From NCBI GenBank assembly GCA_030704615.1, contig CM060732.1, positions 20,026,001 through 20,090,000 of the forward strand: a stretch of 64,000 nucleotides of DNA. The letters run 5' to 3'. Numbering within the stretch: position 1 is the first letter of the stretch; every line of letters starts with the position of its first letter. The notes under the pieces are model-generated. The model saw nothing but the letters and a program-made list of their open reading frames with translations, was not told the DNA's origin and did not search any database. Of the stretch, positions 1 through 13,100 are shown piece by piece. Source of the DNA: Takakia lepidozioides. Lineage: Eukaryota; Plantae; Bryophyta. A program made the translations under genes and the position numbers.

Positions 1-1119
1 TTGGTGGACCTTCTATTCCCCGCACTTAGATAACACATCACCTTGCACAGCTCAGGGGTATCAGCCAAATGTTCTTCCAGAAAAGAATAATCTGCAAGCA
101 TTACTTTCTAGAAATTTTACTCTGCAAAGATGCCATAGACAGAATTGCTCAACACAAACACTAACTTGGTTATACGAAAGCTATGTGCCACAAACAACTA
201 AAGCAGATTGGCATTGCAACCCAGAAAATTTGGTTAGCATGGCATGCAAAGTAGAAGGTTAATGGTACATGTCTTGCTCACTGAATCCATGAAGGAGGGA
301 AAGAGATTGAATTGTCCCTCTATTTCTGACTTTGCATCAATCCTCCTTGAATTAACAGGTAAACAGTGCCACCCAGTTGAACCTGTCAAGGCTGGGGAGT
401 TGTCGGGGTTTGGATCCAGACTAGAACTCAGGACCTTTGGTGGTGGACAAACCACCACCCCCTGGCAAATATGGCTCCACAAACTCAAGCATCAAGAAAC
501 CAGACACCTCTGAATCTATAAGAGGAGAACGCAAGGTACGTCGTCTGGCTTATCAGAGTACTCCTGCCAAAGGTACGACCACATCTTTCAAGTGCTTAGG
601 GTTTCTACTACTTTTGTGTTGAAGAACTCATAGCATACCTCTTTGCACTCCATTAGTACTACTCATGCTTTGCCCACATATCCCAAATGGAGCACTCTGG
701 TCTACATCAAGTTTGTACCACACCTCAGCTGAACCCCAGCAGCATGTCTGAAGTGTGCTGTTAAAGAGAAATGCTCCAAATGGCTCAGGTCACAGCTGCT
801 ACCTTGCAGCCAAGGTCCCAAATGCTAGGTTGTCATTGGAAATTACAAGACTGAAATCTGCCAAGATACTGAAGGGCCCAGTAGTTTCTGATGGAGCCCA
901 GGCCCACTACTACAAGTGGAGGTTGGGGCAATATGGTTCTTTTTTATGAGAAATGTTCTCCCTTTCCTCCTCGATTACATAAAATAAGATTGACATGAGG
1001 TGTAGATACAAACCAACCCCAGAACTGGGAATTCTTGTATCTAGGTGAAGAAAAGGACATCATGTGCAGGGACAGAGGAAATGACCATGACTATAGAGGG
1101 GCAACGAAAGAAAGTACTT

Positions 1120-4100
1120 ACATCAAGAAACCAAGGAAGCTGGGAGACACAGCTTTGCCTTCCATGACAGGCGGAACAAAGTGAATCAGAGCATTACGGT
1201 TGCGCTTGTAGTCAACCCTTTCAACCTGACCACGTGGGATCTCAAAATGGGGATGCAAATAATAGAACCCAACTGTTTGCTGCATCTCCACCACCATTAT
1301 CTCCCTCTTCTCTCCCACCAACCGTTCTACGTTGGCAGCTATCAATATGTTGTCCACATCACTTGCATATGCTGAGGGCACATTCTTTTGATTTCTCTCA
1401 TCCTCCACTCCATCCCCACTCAAATCCACTGGCCTACCCTGATCCGCAAGGATGACGACTCTCTCTGCACAGATTCATGCCATTGAACCAGATTGTCCCC
1501 TCAAACAGCTTATAGAGACTACGAAAGCATCCAAAGCATTGAAATACAACCTTCTTCATCAAAGGTGAATTTCCTGTGGTCACGAGGTTCACACACATGA
1601 CAAGAACCTCTGCTTGCATCAGGTCCAGAACGCTGAAACTAGCAGTTCAATCTCCATGTCCAAACTGGTAAGAATGTAAGAAATCGAGAGGTTGTTGGGG
1701 ATCGGGGGTTTATCACAGGCAAAAGCCCACAAGGTGCTCTGTGCAATGCTCCAGATGCGTTTCATCTCCAGCATCATCTTTCTGCCTTTGTTTGATTGCA
1801 TTTAGTAGAAATTCAACTGTGCCTCCACTTATCTGTCGCATTCCTATTGATTTCTCTGACAACTATGGTTTCTTTGGCAGCCTCTACATGTGCAGCTGGA
1901 TGGATTCCACTCCGTTGCACTCTTACATCACACCATCATCAAACCAAATGACAAATAGAAAAGAAAGGAGGTTAATGGCATCAATATGCCTTTGGGGTCT
2001 TAGGAGCTCCCCTTTGTTCTTTAAGTTATGTTGGGTGGGGAAAACATGACAAAAAGGAACAAAGTGGCAAGGCAAAGACCTGCTTGTAGAATGCCACCAC
2101 GTATGAGGTCAAGCTCAAAAATGGGCGAGCCCATGAGGAAGAAGACGTCGTTGAACATGCCCACCTTGCCCCAATCCTTTGCCTTTGGTTCAGCTGGGTG
2201 CAGAATCACAATTGGCGGATTGGGAAAATTAGGCTTACGTAGTTCTTTGAGAAAGTAGAAAATGTGCCGGGGCCAGTTGCCCTGGCAGCAAACTAGAATG
2301 TGTGGCACCTTCAATTCCACCACAGAAACAGTCCGCTTCTGAAGATTTTGCAGTATGACATCTGCTCTTCGTTCCAGGACAGAAGGGTGCGGCTGGCTGT
2401 AGTTGGGAACCGGTGGCCATGCCAATAATTTTTCAGTTGCTTTCTCCAACGACATTCCTTTTGGAAAGTGGGCTGCACTTGTATCTTCTGTACTTCTACT
2501 GCTGGCCGATCCAGCATCGTCAGATCCATAACATTCATCATGCCAGCCTGAAAATGTTCCTGATTCAATGCAATCATCCCCTTCCTCACCCCGTTTGTTA
2601 TGGTGACACATAGCTGACCTTAGCCGAAACTCCAGCTTCAAATGACCATCTGGGCTGGCTGGAATGGTGTTTACACTTTCTAATAGCTCTCTATCTTCAG
2701 GGGTATTTGGATGTTGGGTTTGATGCTGCTTGTTCCTCCAAAGGTTTTTGAAAAACCCTGTCTTCAGATTCTTGTCCCCATACTCTGAGATGGAGTAGGC
2801 AGTTCGAAGGTCCCGTGAAATCACCAAACCCACGTCGTCAGGTTGAATAACATGACCATTGGGATACAGAAAAACCTAGGATCAACCATTAAAACAATCA
2901 TCAACCGTCAAATTCAACCTTGATGAGGCTACCAGTTTCCTATTCTGCAGCGCATATGTGCACAGATGTCCTACAGCACAATCAGCAGTAGGGGAAGTTC
3001 AAGGGATGGCTGGAGCACTTACCTTACGGACTATGCGGTTCTTTTCTTTGTGAACCATGGGAATATCGAGGGCAAAGAGCACAACATTGAAGGATTTGAA
3101 CACAAACTCCACAGCCTGTGCACTCCCACCAACCCATGCATGTCCTATTAGCAAGGGCATAATATCCATCAATTTTTGAACCCTGACTTGAACTTGATGC
3201 TTGTTGGAGAAAAGGAGAATGAGAAATTGATGTAGAAATTGATGTCCTTCATAGATCCAGACCTAGGTCGTGCAGCATCGACCACAACGTGGTTAAAGTA
3301 CCATCAATTCACATGAAAGCAGGAAACTGCATGTCCAGGGAATCCTGGCTAGATTTAGCTTCATCTTCTTCAATTTGTTGTGGTTAGACTGGCTGACGCA
3401 ATTGGCGGGAGGACCCCAAAGATCCTGGTTTTAGGCTTCAATGAGCTCGATGCTTCCTTGCCTGGTAGATTTGTTGGCATGAGATTGTCCTTGCAGCCAT
3501 TCCTTACGGCTTCATATTTCTTGCTGGTATTTGCATTGGTTCTCTCCCTGTTAAGGGGTCAGGATTGGCACCCTACTGGCATGTAGACAACCCCGGCATT
3601 CGTGCTTGTGAGGCTTTTCTTGTGTAGGAAATAATTGTTGTTGCAAGTATGTTCATCTGTCTTTTCTTGCAATTCAAAAACTTCACTTTGAACCACAACC
3701 AACTCAGCTTTATAAGAGACAAGTAAGCAAAATCAGGAGTGAAATGAGAACTTCCAAGTACAGAAGGCCCAGAGGGCCTATGTGACACAATATAGAGAGG
3801 AGAGGAAGGAGAAAAAGCAGGGCAATGTGAGAAGAAATGGAAGGACAGACCATGGGGAAGCAGAGTGGAGATTTCAAGAGGAAGCCAAAGCCATGCAATC
3901 AAAGGCTCAAAAGAAAACTCCTCTCTAAACTCCTCTCTAAACTCCTCTCCTCCCTGAATTTTGCACCCATTACACACTTGAGTTTGCACACTGATAGAAT
4001 CTCAGCTGCAAGATGCAGGATTGGAACACACAATGACACCACATGCACAGTCTTACCTTCAAGCACTACTATTCCAGGTATATAGTAATGCACCATAAAG

Positions 4101-7100
4101 ATAACTATCCACCATACAAACTCAGGAGGGAGGAAGGAAAAGGAATACCTCTTCAAAGAGCATGTTCTGACAAGAGTGCGGAAAAATAAGAGGGTAGACC
4201 TCATTGTCAAAACTGTGGAAGTATTCTGACATAAAATGTTGCTCGTCCAAGTTTATGAGCTTTATCTCCGATGTAAACAAGTTCGTGATGAAGGTGTACA
4301 GGCCTTTGACAACGCAGCTGTCCTCCCAAAAGATACCCAACAACACCCCTGAGACCAGTTCAGGCAGATTGAACGTCCTTTATTGGAAAGGAAGAAAATA
4401 TCTCTTGCTTCAACGGATGCAGAGATTTTCCCTCCATACCTATGTAACTCCACAATGATGCAATCACCAGGGCAACTTGTGGCTGCTTACAGCATGCTGC
4501 TGGGTCTTCCATAATACCAAATTGGAGGTATGGTTATACTACAGTAAACGTTTTTTCATGGTTGCTAACCCAATCTATGTCTACACCAATCTATGTCTAT
4601 ATCAATCAGCTTGTTAGGTCTCAGAAGAAATTATACTGGGACAAGTTATACAGTGAAGTAAACTCAAACCACCATGGTGGTAATGACAAGAAATTCTGGT
4701 TGGCCCTTCAGCGTTTGTACAAGCCGAAAAACGGTCAGCAAGTACAAGCGCTGAAGACTACTAAAGGTGCAGTGGTGACTTCATCGGTTGACATTGTCAA
4801 AACCTTTGAAACTCACTACAGTATCCTTGGCAGAACTTCTAGGTCTAACAGTGAGGGGTCTTCTGCTGTGAGGGACACAGTTGGAAAAACTGTTCCTATG
4901 ATTCAAAACAGCCCTGATGAAATGGAGTATATTTCAATGGCTTATAACGATCCCATTAGTTCTTCTGAGATTGTAGAAGCAATTGAACATTTAAACGGAT
5001 ATAAAGCTGGTGGACCTGATGGTATTGTCAACGAGCTTATCAAGCACGGTGGCAATCCCATGATAGAGGCCCTAGTTCTCCTTTTTAACCTTATCTGGAA
5101 GACTGGAATGATCCCCTTTCGCTGGCGACAGGGGGTCATTGTCAATCTATACAAGAAGGGTGACAGAGAAGACCCGGGGAACTACCGTGGCATCACGCTC
5201 CTCAATGCTGTTGGCAAGACATTCTGCAGAGTTATAAGTACTCGTCTCGAGGTTGATCTGGAGTCTAGAGGTTGTTTCCACGAAGGCCAAGCTGGATTTC
5301 GGCGAAACAGGGGCTGTGTGGATCATATCTTCATTCTAAGCCAGATTATCCAGGGAAGGAAAAAAGAAGGGAAACCCACTTATGTTTTTTTCTTGGATCA
5401 ATTAACTCCTCGAGGATGTGGAACATGAGGGATTTGGGTTAAGGGTGGGTGATACCACCATACCAGCCCTTATGTTTGCGGATGACTTCACAGGCATAGG
5501 AGAGACTCCAACCAATCTCCAGGAGTTGATTGATTGCGCGAAGAGATACTTTGATCTTTGGGGGCTAGAGGCTAATGTCAGTAAATGTGCAGTGGTAGCA
5601 TTCAACGACAGAGGAGAGGGAGGAAGTGATCTTAAGTGGCAGTGGGGTAGCCAAGAGATCCCGGTCCTCCCTTCCTACACTTACCTGGGCATTGAGTTTT
5701 CCTCCAATTGTAATTGGGATGCACATATCCGGAAAGTTGTTCAAACTGGCAAGGGCAAAGCTCTGGGGCTCACTAAATTTTTCCACTGCAGAGGGGTCAA
5801 CTCTGAGGTTAAGAAAACCATGCTTTGTCGCGTCATTAGACCTGCCTTGGAGTACGGATCTGCAATGTGGGTTGATAACTCCAACCAGGCTAAGTCTCTA
5901 GAATCCATTCAATTGGGGGTGCTTAAGGAGTGTATGTCAGCATGCTCACAAACAGCCAATGTGGCTGTTCCGGGTGAGTTTGGCATTCCGTCCTTAAGCT
6001 CCCGACGAGATGAATTGAAGGTCAGATGGTGGGGTCAGCTGCAACATATGTCCAACACCAGATATCCTAAGTTAATCGACTCTATATCTTGGAAACAGGA
6101 CCGCCCTGTCAAACAGGCTAAGTCCTGGCAGAAGAGATTCTCAAGGACCTGGACCTGGACCTGGAACCGCAAGTCTTGACCCTGCTGGATAAATCTGACT
6201 TAGAGGCTGTAGTGTCCAAAGCCATGTCTGTTGCCATGAGATTCTAGGCAGAAAACTTCCCTGAACTTGTCTCCAGTCAGTGACATGGGGGAGGACATCT
6301 TGGATGACCTCAAGGGTCTACCCACTCTCGGCACTAGACTGAAATTTAAACTCAGGGCAGGAAGCCTACCTTTGAACAGCAAACAGAAGCAGAGAGGAAA
6401 GGGAGAGTGCAATTGCCCGTTGTGTGGGCAACCTTAAGACAGTATTCATTTTCTGATACACTGTCCGGGGTTCTCTTACCAAAGAGACGCTCTCTTCAAA
6501 TCTATCAAGGGAATTGTGCATGTGCCTCTGTTTACCAACTTTGAAAGTCTCGAGGCTGAGTCAAAAGGCCAGGCCCTTCTGAGGCCTAGTTTTTGGGCAA
6601 ATCACACACAGCAGATTGATGCTTGTGTGAAGGGATTTCTAGAGGATATCTGGAAAAACCGGATTAATTCTATATATGAAGGTAAGTCTTACTACCAACG
6701 TCAGCCCCCGACAGAGGTAGGTTCTGTCCCTTTTGTTTCCGCTCAAACTGGGCGCGGGGTCAATGGCCACAAGGCTACGGCAAACAACGTCTTATGAGTA
6801 CAGTCTATGTCTACACCTCTGCATGCTCTTTTAAATAGAAGAAATGAGATAATATGAAATGGTACTTTAATGGTACTTTAAATAGAAACGAAATGAAATG
6901 GTGCTTTATAACGTCCGCGGAAGAAAGATGTATACCAGAGTGAGAGCCTAGGAAACTGTGAACTCACCTTAAGAAAGATAGAATGTACTCATAAGACGTT
7001 GTTTGCCGTAGCCTTGTGGCCATTGACCCCGCGCCTAGTTTGAGCGGAAACCAAAGTGACAGAACCTACCTCTGTCAGGGGCTGACATTGGTAGTAAGAC

Positions 7101-10100
7101 TTACCTTTATAAATAGAATTAATTTGGGTTTTCCAGATATCCTCTAGAAATCCCTTCACACAAGCATCAATCTGCTGTGTGTGATTTGCCCAAAAACTAG
7201 GCCTCAGAAGGGCCTGGGCTTTTGGCTCAGCCTCGAGACTTTCAAAGTTGGTAAACAGAGGTACAGGCACAATTCTCTTGATAGATTGGAGGAGAGCTTC
7301 TCTCTGGTGAGAGTACCCCGGACAGTGAATCAGAAAATGAATATTGTCTTCGGGTTGCCCACACAACGGGCAATTGCACTCTCCCTTTCCTCTCTGCTTC
7401 TGTTTACTGTTCAAAGGTAGGCTTCCTGCCCTGAGTTTAAATTTCAGTCTGGTGCCGAGAGTGGGTAGACCCTTGAGGTCATCCATGATATCCTCCCTCA
7501 TGTCACAGACTGGAAACAGGTTCAGGGAAATTTTCTGCCTAACTTCAAATGCATCAGACAATTTGCTGGTAACAGACATGGCTTTGGACACTACAGTCTC
7601 TAAGTTGTCTTCAGCGCTTGCACTTGCTGACAGCTTTTCGGCTTGTACAAGCGGTGAAGGGCCAACCAGAATCTCTTGTCATTACTACCATGGTGGTTTG
7701 AGTTTATTTCACTGTATAACTTGTCCCAGTATAATTTCTTCTGAGCCCTTACAAGCAGATTGATATCTTTATGGATCTGGTAGTACCTCGCCCACAATTC
7801 TTTGTTGGTTTTCAAATTGCAGCACTCTTTATAAAGGACTCGTCTCTCAGCTATCTTGAGTTTAATCTCATTGGTCCACCAATTAACAGCTCTACCACAG
7901 ACAATTAGTTTCCTCCCAATGATCTTGTCAGCCGCAGAGGAGACGAAACTCTCCCAAGAATCCACTGCTCTTTCGACGTCATTTCTTGCATTGTCTGCGC
8001 AAGACTGAAGGTCTTGGAGCGAATGGACAAAATGAGGAAGAGCCTCTTGCAAGGCCTGGACATACTCAGCCTTGACCTCTTCATTATGGAATTTTTCTAT
8101 GCGCCACTTCCGAATCGAACATTTCACAGATCTCTTGGTGTTGGGAAAACACCTTTTGATCTCAGTCCAAACCAGGAAGTGGTCAGAGGTACCGATATCA
8201 GTTCTGTCGATCAACACATTGGCACTCTGGGGAAACAAATTTTTGTCCATTATGATATAATCCACAATGGAACGTTCCCCAGTTTGGGCTTTCTCACGAG
8301 TCCACTGCACTTCACCTTTTGCCCTATTGTTCAAGGCCAGAAGCTGAAGCTCTTCCAGACAGTTAAGTAACCGTCTGCCATTAGAGTTCAGCTCGTCCTC
8401 ACCAAAAGGCCCAATGATATCATCCTGATGGAGACCTTTACCCACCCGGGCATTGAAGTCACCCAATAAAAACCTGACCTTTGGCAAGGAACGAAGCACA
8501 GTCTAGCTTTTGTCTGCGTCAGCACTAAGGGTCCCCTCTGTGGGCATGTAAACACAACCCACAAAGAGGTCCTGTCCTCATGCCGCCCTTCAGTTTCAGC
8601 TTTAGCCAGATACTATGCTCGTACCTCAAACCCTTGTTGATAATTTCACAATTGTCAAACAAGAAATCACGGACAAAGAATCCAACCCCTTTTTTACCAC
8701 GTTTGGCAGAGGCTGCCTTGAGAGTACACATCTTACCTGCCCATTTATAACCAATGACATCTCCAACCAGTTTATCCGACGTTAAGAAAGATAGAATGAG
8801 ATAGCCACATCAAAGGTAAGGAAAAGCTTTCAACGATGAAAATCAAGACAGATCATCAAGGAAACTCACACAGAAAAAGAACCAATAAGTAGAGGAAGGA
8901 AACCACAAAAAATACTATCCAATAATTTAAGCGGGTCAAATTACCCAAATCAACTATCTCTATCACAGTGACCTGAAGACAGTATTCATTTTTTGATACA
9001 CTGTCCGGGGTTCTCTCACCAAAGAGACGCTCTCTTCAAATCTATCAAGGGAATTGTGCCTGTACCTCTGTCTACCAACTTTGAAAGTCTCGAGGCTGAG
9101 CCAAAAGCCCAGGCCCTCCTGAGGCCTAGTTTTTGGGCAAATCACACACAGCAGATTGATGCTTGTGTGAAGGGATTTCTAGAGGATATCTGGAAAACCC
9201 GGATTAATTCTATATATGAAGGTAAGTCTTACTACCAACGTCAGCCCCCGACAGAGGTAGGTTCTGTCCCTTTTGTTTCCGCTCAAACTGGGCGCGGGGT
9301 CAATGGCCACAAGGCTACGGCAAACAACGTCTTATGAGTACAATCTATCACAGTGACCAGCAGTTGTAACTCCCCACTCACTTCATTACTTCCCAGCAGA
9401 GGGTGCAGGCATACTGAGTTTTTGTCAACACAGGAAGACTCAGCCAGGAAATAGTTTCAGCATTCAAATAATAGATGCTCCCAGACTTGAGTATGAAAGG
9501 AAATAGAGCCAGAAAGTCCCCGACCAACATACCCCCTTCCCTCCTCTAGTGTCTCCATAAACTACTTACACAACGCCTAAATTGGAAAGAAATGAAATGA
9601 AATGAAATGGTGCTTTATAACATCCGCGGAAAGCTCATAGAGCTTATGGGACAGAATGGAAGAAAAAAAAAATGAGAGAGGAAACAAAACCAGAACCCAA
9701 GAATAAGAACTAATGTTCTAGTGATTGTCTAAGGGTGAAGGCCTCGTGCAGGTAAGCTGCCAAGCATTTCAAGAACGAGAGTAAAAGACAAAGAGTGAAG
9801 CCAGAAGCAGGCAGTTCAAAAGCAACTACTGCTCAAGGGATCGCCTAAGGGTCAAAGCCTCGTGCAGATAAGCTGCCAAGCATTTCTGATCCTCAGAATG
9901 GAAGACTTCTGTGAGAGATTGAGTTTCACAGAACAGACAGTGGAATTTCACACGGATCTCATAGTAAAGAGGGCAGTAAAGGAAGAAGTGTTCTTCAGTT
10001 TTGATGCATCAGTTGGGCGCGGTGCATGCTGGGCATAGGCGGTCTTCTCGCTGCAAGTTTTCCCACCTACCAGTCTCTATCCGTAAATTGTGAGAGCCCA

Positions 10101-13100
10101 CCCTGAATCGCCCCAATGCCCTCAGAAGAGAGGGAGATAAAGGTGCAGATAAGTAATTAGGCTGCAAGATTCTAGAGAAAAGCTTATTCAGTCTGAGTGA
10201 GGGTCCAAGGGACACAAGTGGAACCACAAAGAACCAACCACATATCCACAGGGTTCAGAAGTGAGCAAAACCAGCTCTTCAGAGATATCCTAAATGCTAA
10301 TCAGGAAGTCAGGTGACTGTGTTTGGCATCTAAGCCCACCATACTCAGGCACAGAAAAAGGAGACAATGGGCCATATGCTGTAAAATTACCTTTCAAGAA
10401 GTTTCATTTTCTGCAGTGTTTCAGGATTTTTCATATCAAAAATGAAATGGGATAAAGTAGAACTGCAAGAGACAAGCCAAGAAGGCATCGGAAAAAGTTC
10501 ATCATATCCACTCCACGCCCAGACGACCAAAAAAAGGTCCCAGAGATTCCTCGATTCAAAAACCTTTGAAGTACTACATCTTTGACAGAATCACATCTAT
10601 AGGACGCCCAAGGGACGCAAGCAGAGAGTGGTAAAACTGTGCTTTGCATTAATTGTGGCGGTAGACAAACACCTGGTTTAAGATGGGGAAGTGAGAGACA
10701 TATTGTGGGAAACATAGAGATTCTTATGACTCCGAGATTCCACCACTTGCTTTCTTTAACTGAAGCTGCAGCAAACTGAAAAAGAGGAAAGGAGTGAATC
10801 CAACCTCCGAGAGAGCATCTTGTAGTGGATTTTCACAGGGCAGATAAACTAAATCCCCCCGGTTTGGGTCTCATCCCACACTGCACTAGTTAGTGACTCT
10901 GGCTCTAGCAACTCCATTATGATGCGCACCCGGTCCCCACAGAACCGATGCACTGCTAAAGCTTTCAATATCTGAGCTGCGTCCTCCACCTTTGGGTCCT
11001 GCAACAACTTCCAATATTATGGCAGTGTCTAGGACTTGCTTAGACCATCCATGGACCCTGCTCTTTGTTATGCAGACCTTTGACATGTAATGCAAGAAGC
11101 TTGAGAATGCCTTAGTGACATTAACCAAAGGTCCTGTGGCAAATCCATATCTGTTGACAAACAGTACTTCATGGGATCCGCTCTGACAGATGACTACCGG
11201 AACCCTGGTGAGCAGCTGTCCACTTTACATAGTCAAATGATGAAGCAGAGTATAGTTTTCAAGGAACACAGGCAAGCATACATCAGCTTCTTGGTTGGAA
11301 AGCAAGAAGAAGGCCGTGGCTTGGGCTGCAGACACCCTCTCTAGGTCTGATTGCCGCATTGGCGATCCTTGTATAAACTTCACGAGCCCATGATAGAGTG
11401 AAACTGCTCGTTTCAATTCAAACCTGCCAAATCACTCAAATACACTAGTCAGGACTGGATCCCCAAGTTCAAGTTGGAGGCACTTGAGAGATTGCTGTGT
11501 GTTGATGTCTCGCTTTCTTTGTCTACACACAGTTTAGTAGCAGAGCACCACATTCAGGCCGACAACAATATTTTTCAACTACAAATGCAACAATAATGTG
11601 CACTAAACAAGACATTTCACAACGCATACAGGTGCCAACTTACGAGGGGCTGAATGGTGCTAAGATGGTGACGCGTAGCGGATATGATTCAAGGTCTGCA
11701 AATTCAAACCCCAATCTGTCCCTCTTAGAGTCTTATTTAGATGGGAAAATCTCATTTGAAACTTTCTCTAGGCCACAGACCCTTTCAGTTTCCAGGGGGC
11801 ATGATGGATATCTTATATCCTATATAATTATCATGTAAGAAAACTATGACAGAATACAATCCCCCTTTTCCAAAATGCTCCAATGCACTTCCATTCAGTT
11901 TAAAAAGTTGCTCCGTTCACCAGTTTGGAATAATCAACATCCCCTACACACTGCCTTCAAACATTAAAAAATGATTTCCTTTTCTCCCCATGGTTTTCAT
12001 AGAGTCTGTACGTCTGTACCAACACTAAACAAAACAACCAACCAACCACCCATCCCCCACTAATAAGGTACCTGCATCTCAGAAAAACTGGAAGTACATC
12101 CAGAAATACCTTCACAATGAGTAGGATTGTAGAACTCTGCAAGACAGTCTCGGACAGTGTTGAATGAGATGCTTCCAGCAACTATAAGATATCGTGAATC
12201 AATCACCTTCCTTCCATTAAAGGAGCCTCCATACGGCCTGCATGTATTGCCTTGAGCTCATTGTCATCCTATTCCCAACAAGCCCCTACTCTACAGTGTT
12301 TCATCTCTCGGAAACCCATCTCCTCGCTATTTGCCCTCAATTTCTCCTTCCATTTGTCTGCTTTGCCAGAATCAGATTGGAGAAAAATTTCCATGGATAA
12401 CTACTACAAAATCCAAAAATCAGAACAGACTCTCATGCCAAACTAATGCAGCCCATCCTTTATCATGCCATCCAGCACGTCATCTTCCTTCCCTTCCTGC
12501 GTACCATCAGTGGTTTACCGCTTTACAGGTTACTATCTGGTGAAGTCCCTTTGAAGATAAAATTCTTCAAACATCAGTAGATGCAGTAGCCTTATGGCCA
12601 TTGATCCCACAGGATACAAAACCGTCCTAATTCTGTAAGAGTTTTAATATTAAACTGCCATAGTTGTGACTGCAATCTCCTATTGGTGAGGTTGGGATTC
12701 ACTCTAGCTGCTCCAGAGCATAAGAGGTATATTTAGTTGCAAAGAGTCTGACCGTCAAAGTACAAATTGTAATATTTCTTGAGAGGATTGCTGCAAATGT
12801 GATACTAATTTAACCACCATCACTAATCTCAACATACCAACAGACTGTCATGATTCCTCTGCCACTAGTGACAGTCAAGAAGGCAATGATTATAATGGTG
12901 GTCGATATCATGACTTCTTTGTAGCTCAATAAGGAGATGCCTCAAACACAAGAACGTATGGATCAAGCAAGGTGAGATATAATCATCCAGAGGAGAAAAA
13001 AATAACATGCCAGGCATACCTCCGAGATGCCAGGTAGGTGATCCGACCAATTTGAATGGGCAAAGCAACAAGGGCGCCGATGATTGCTACCACTGTGACT

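Noticed and set aside
10849-10851. U-to-C RNA editing as the explanation for the TAG
   Set aside because: Such editing is established for plant organellar transcripts, not nuclear spliceosomal genes.
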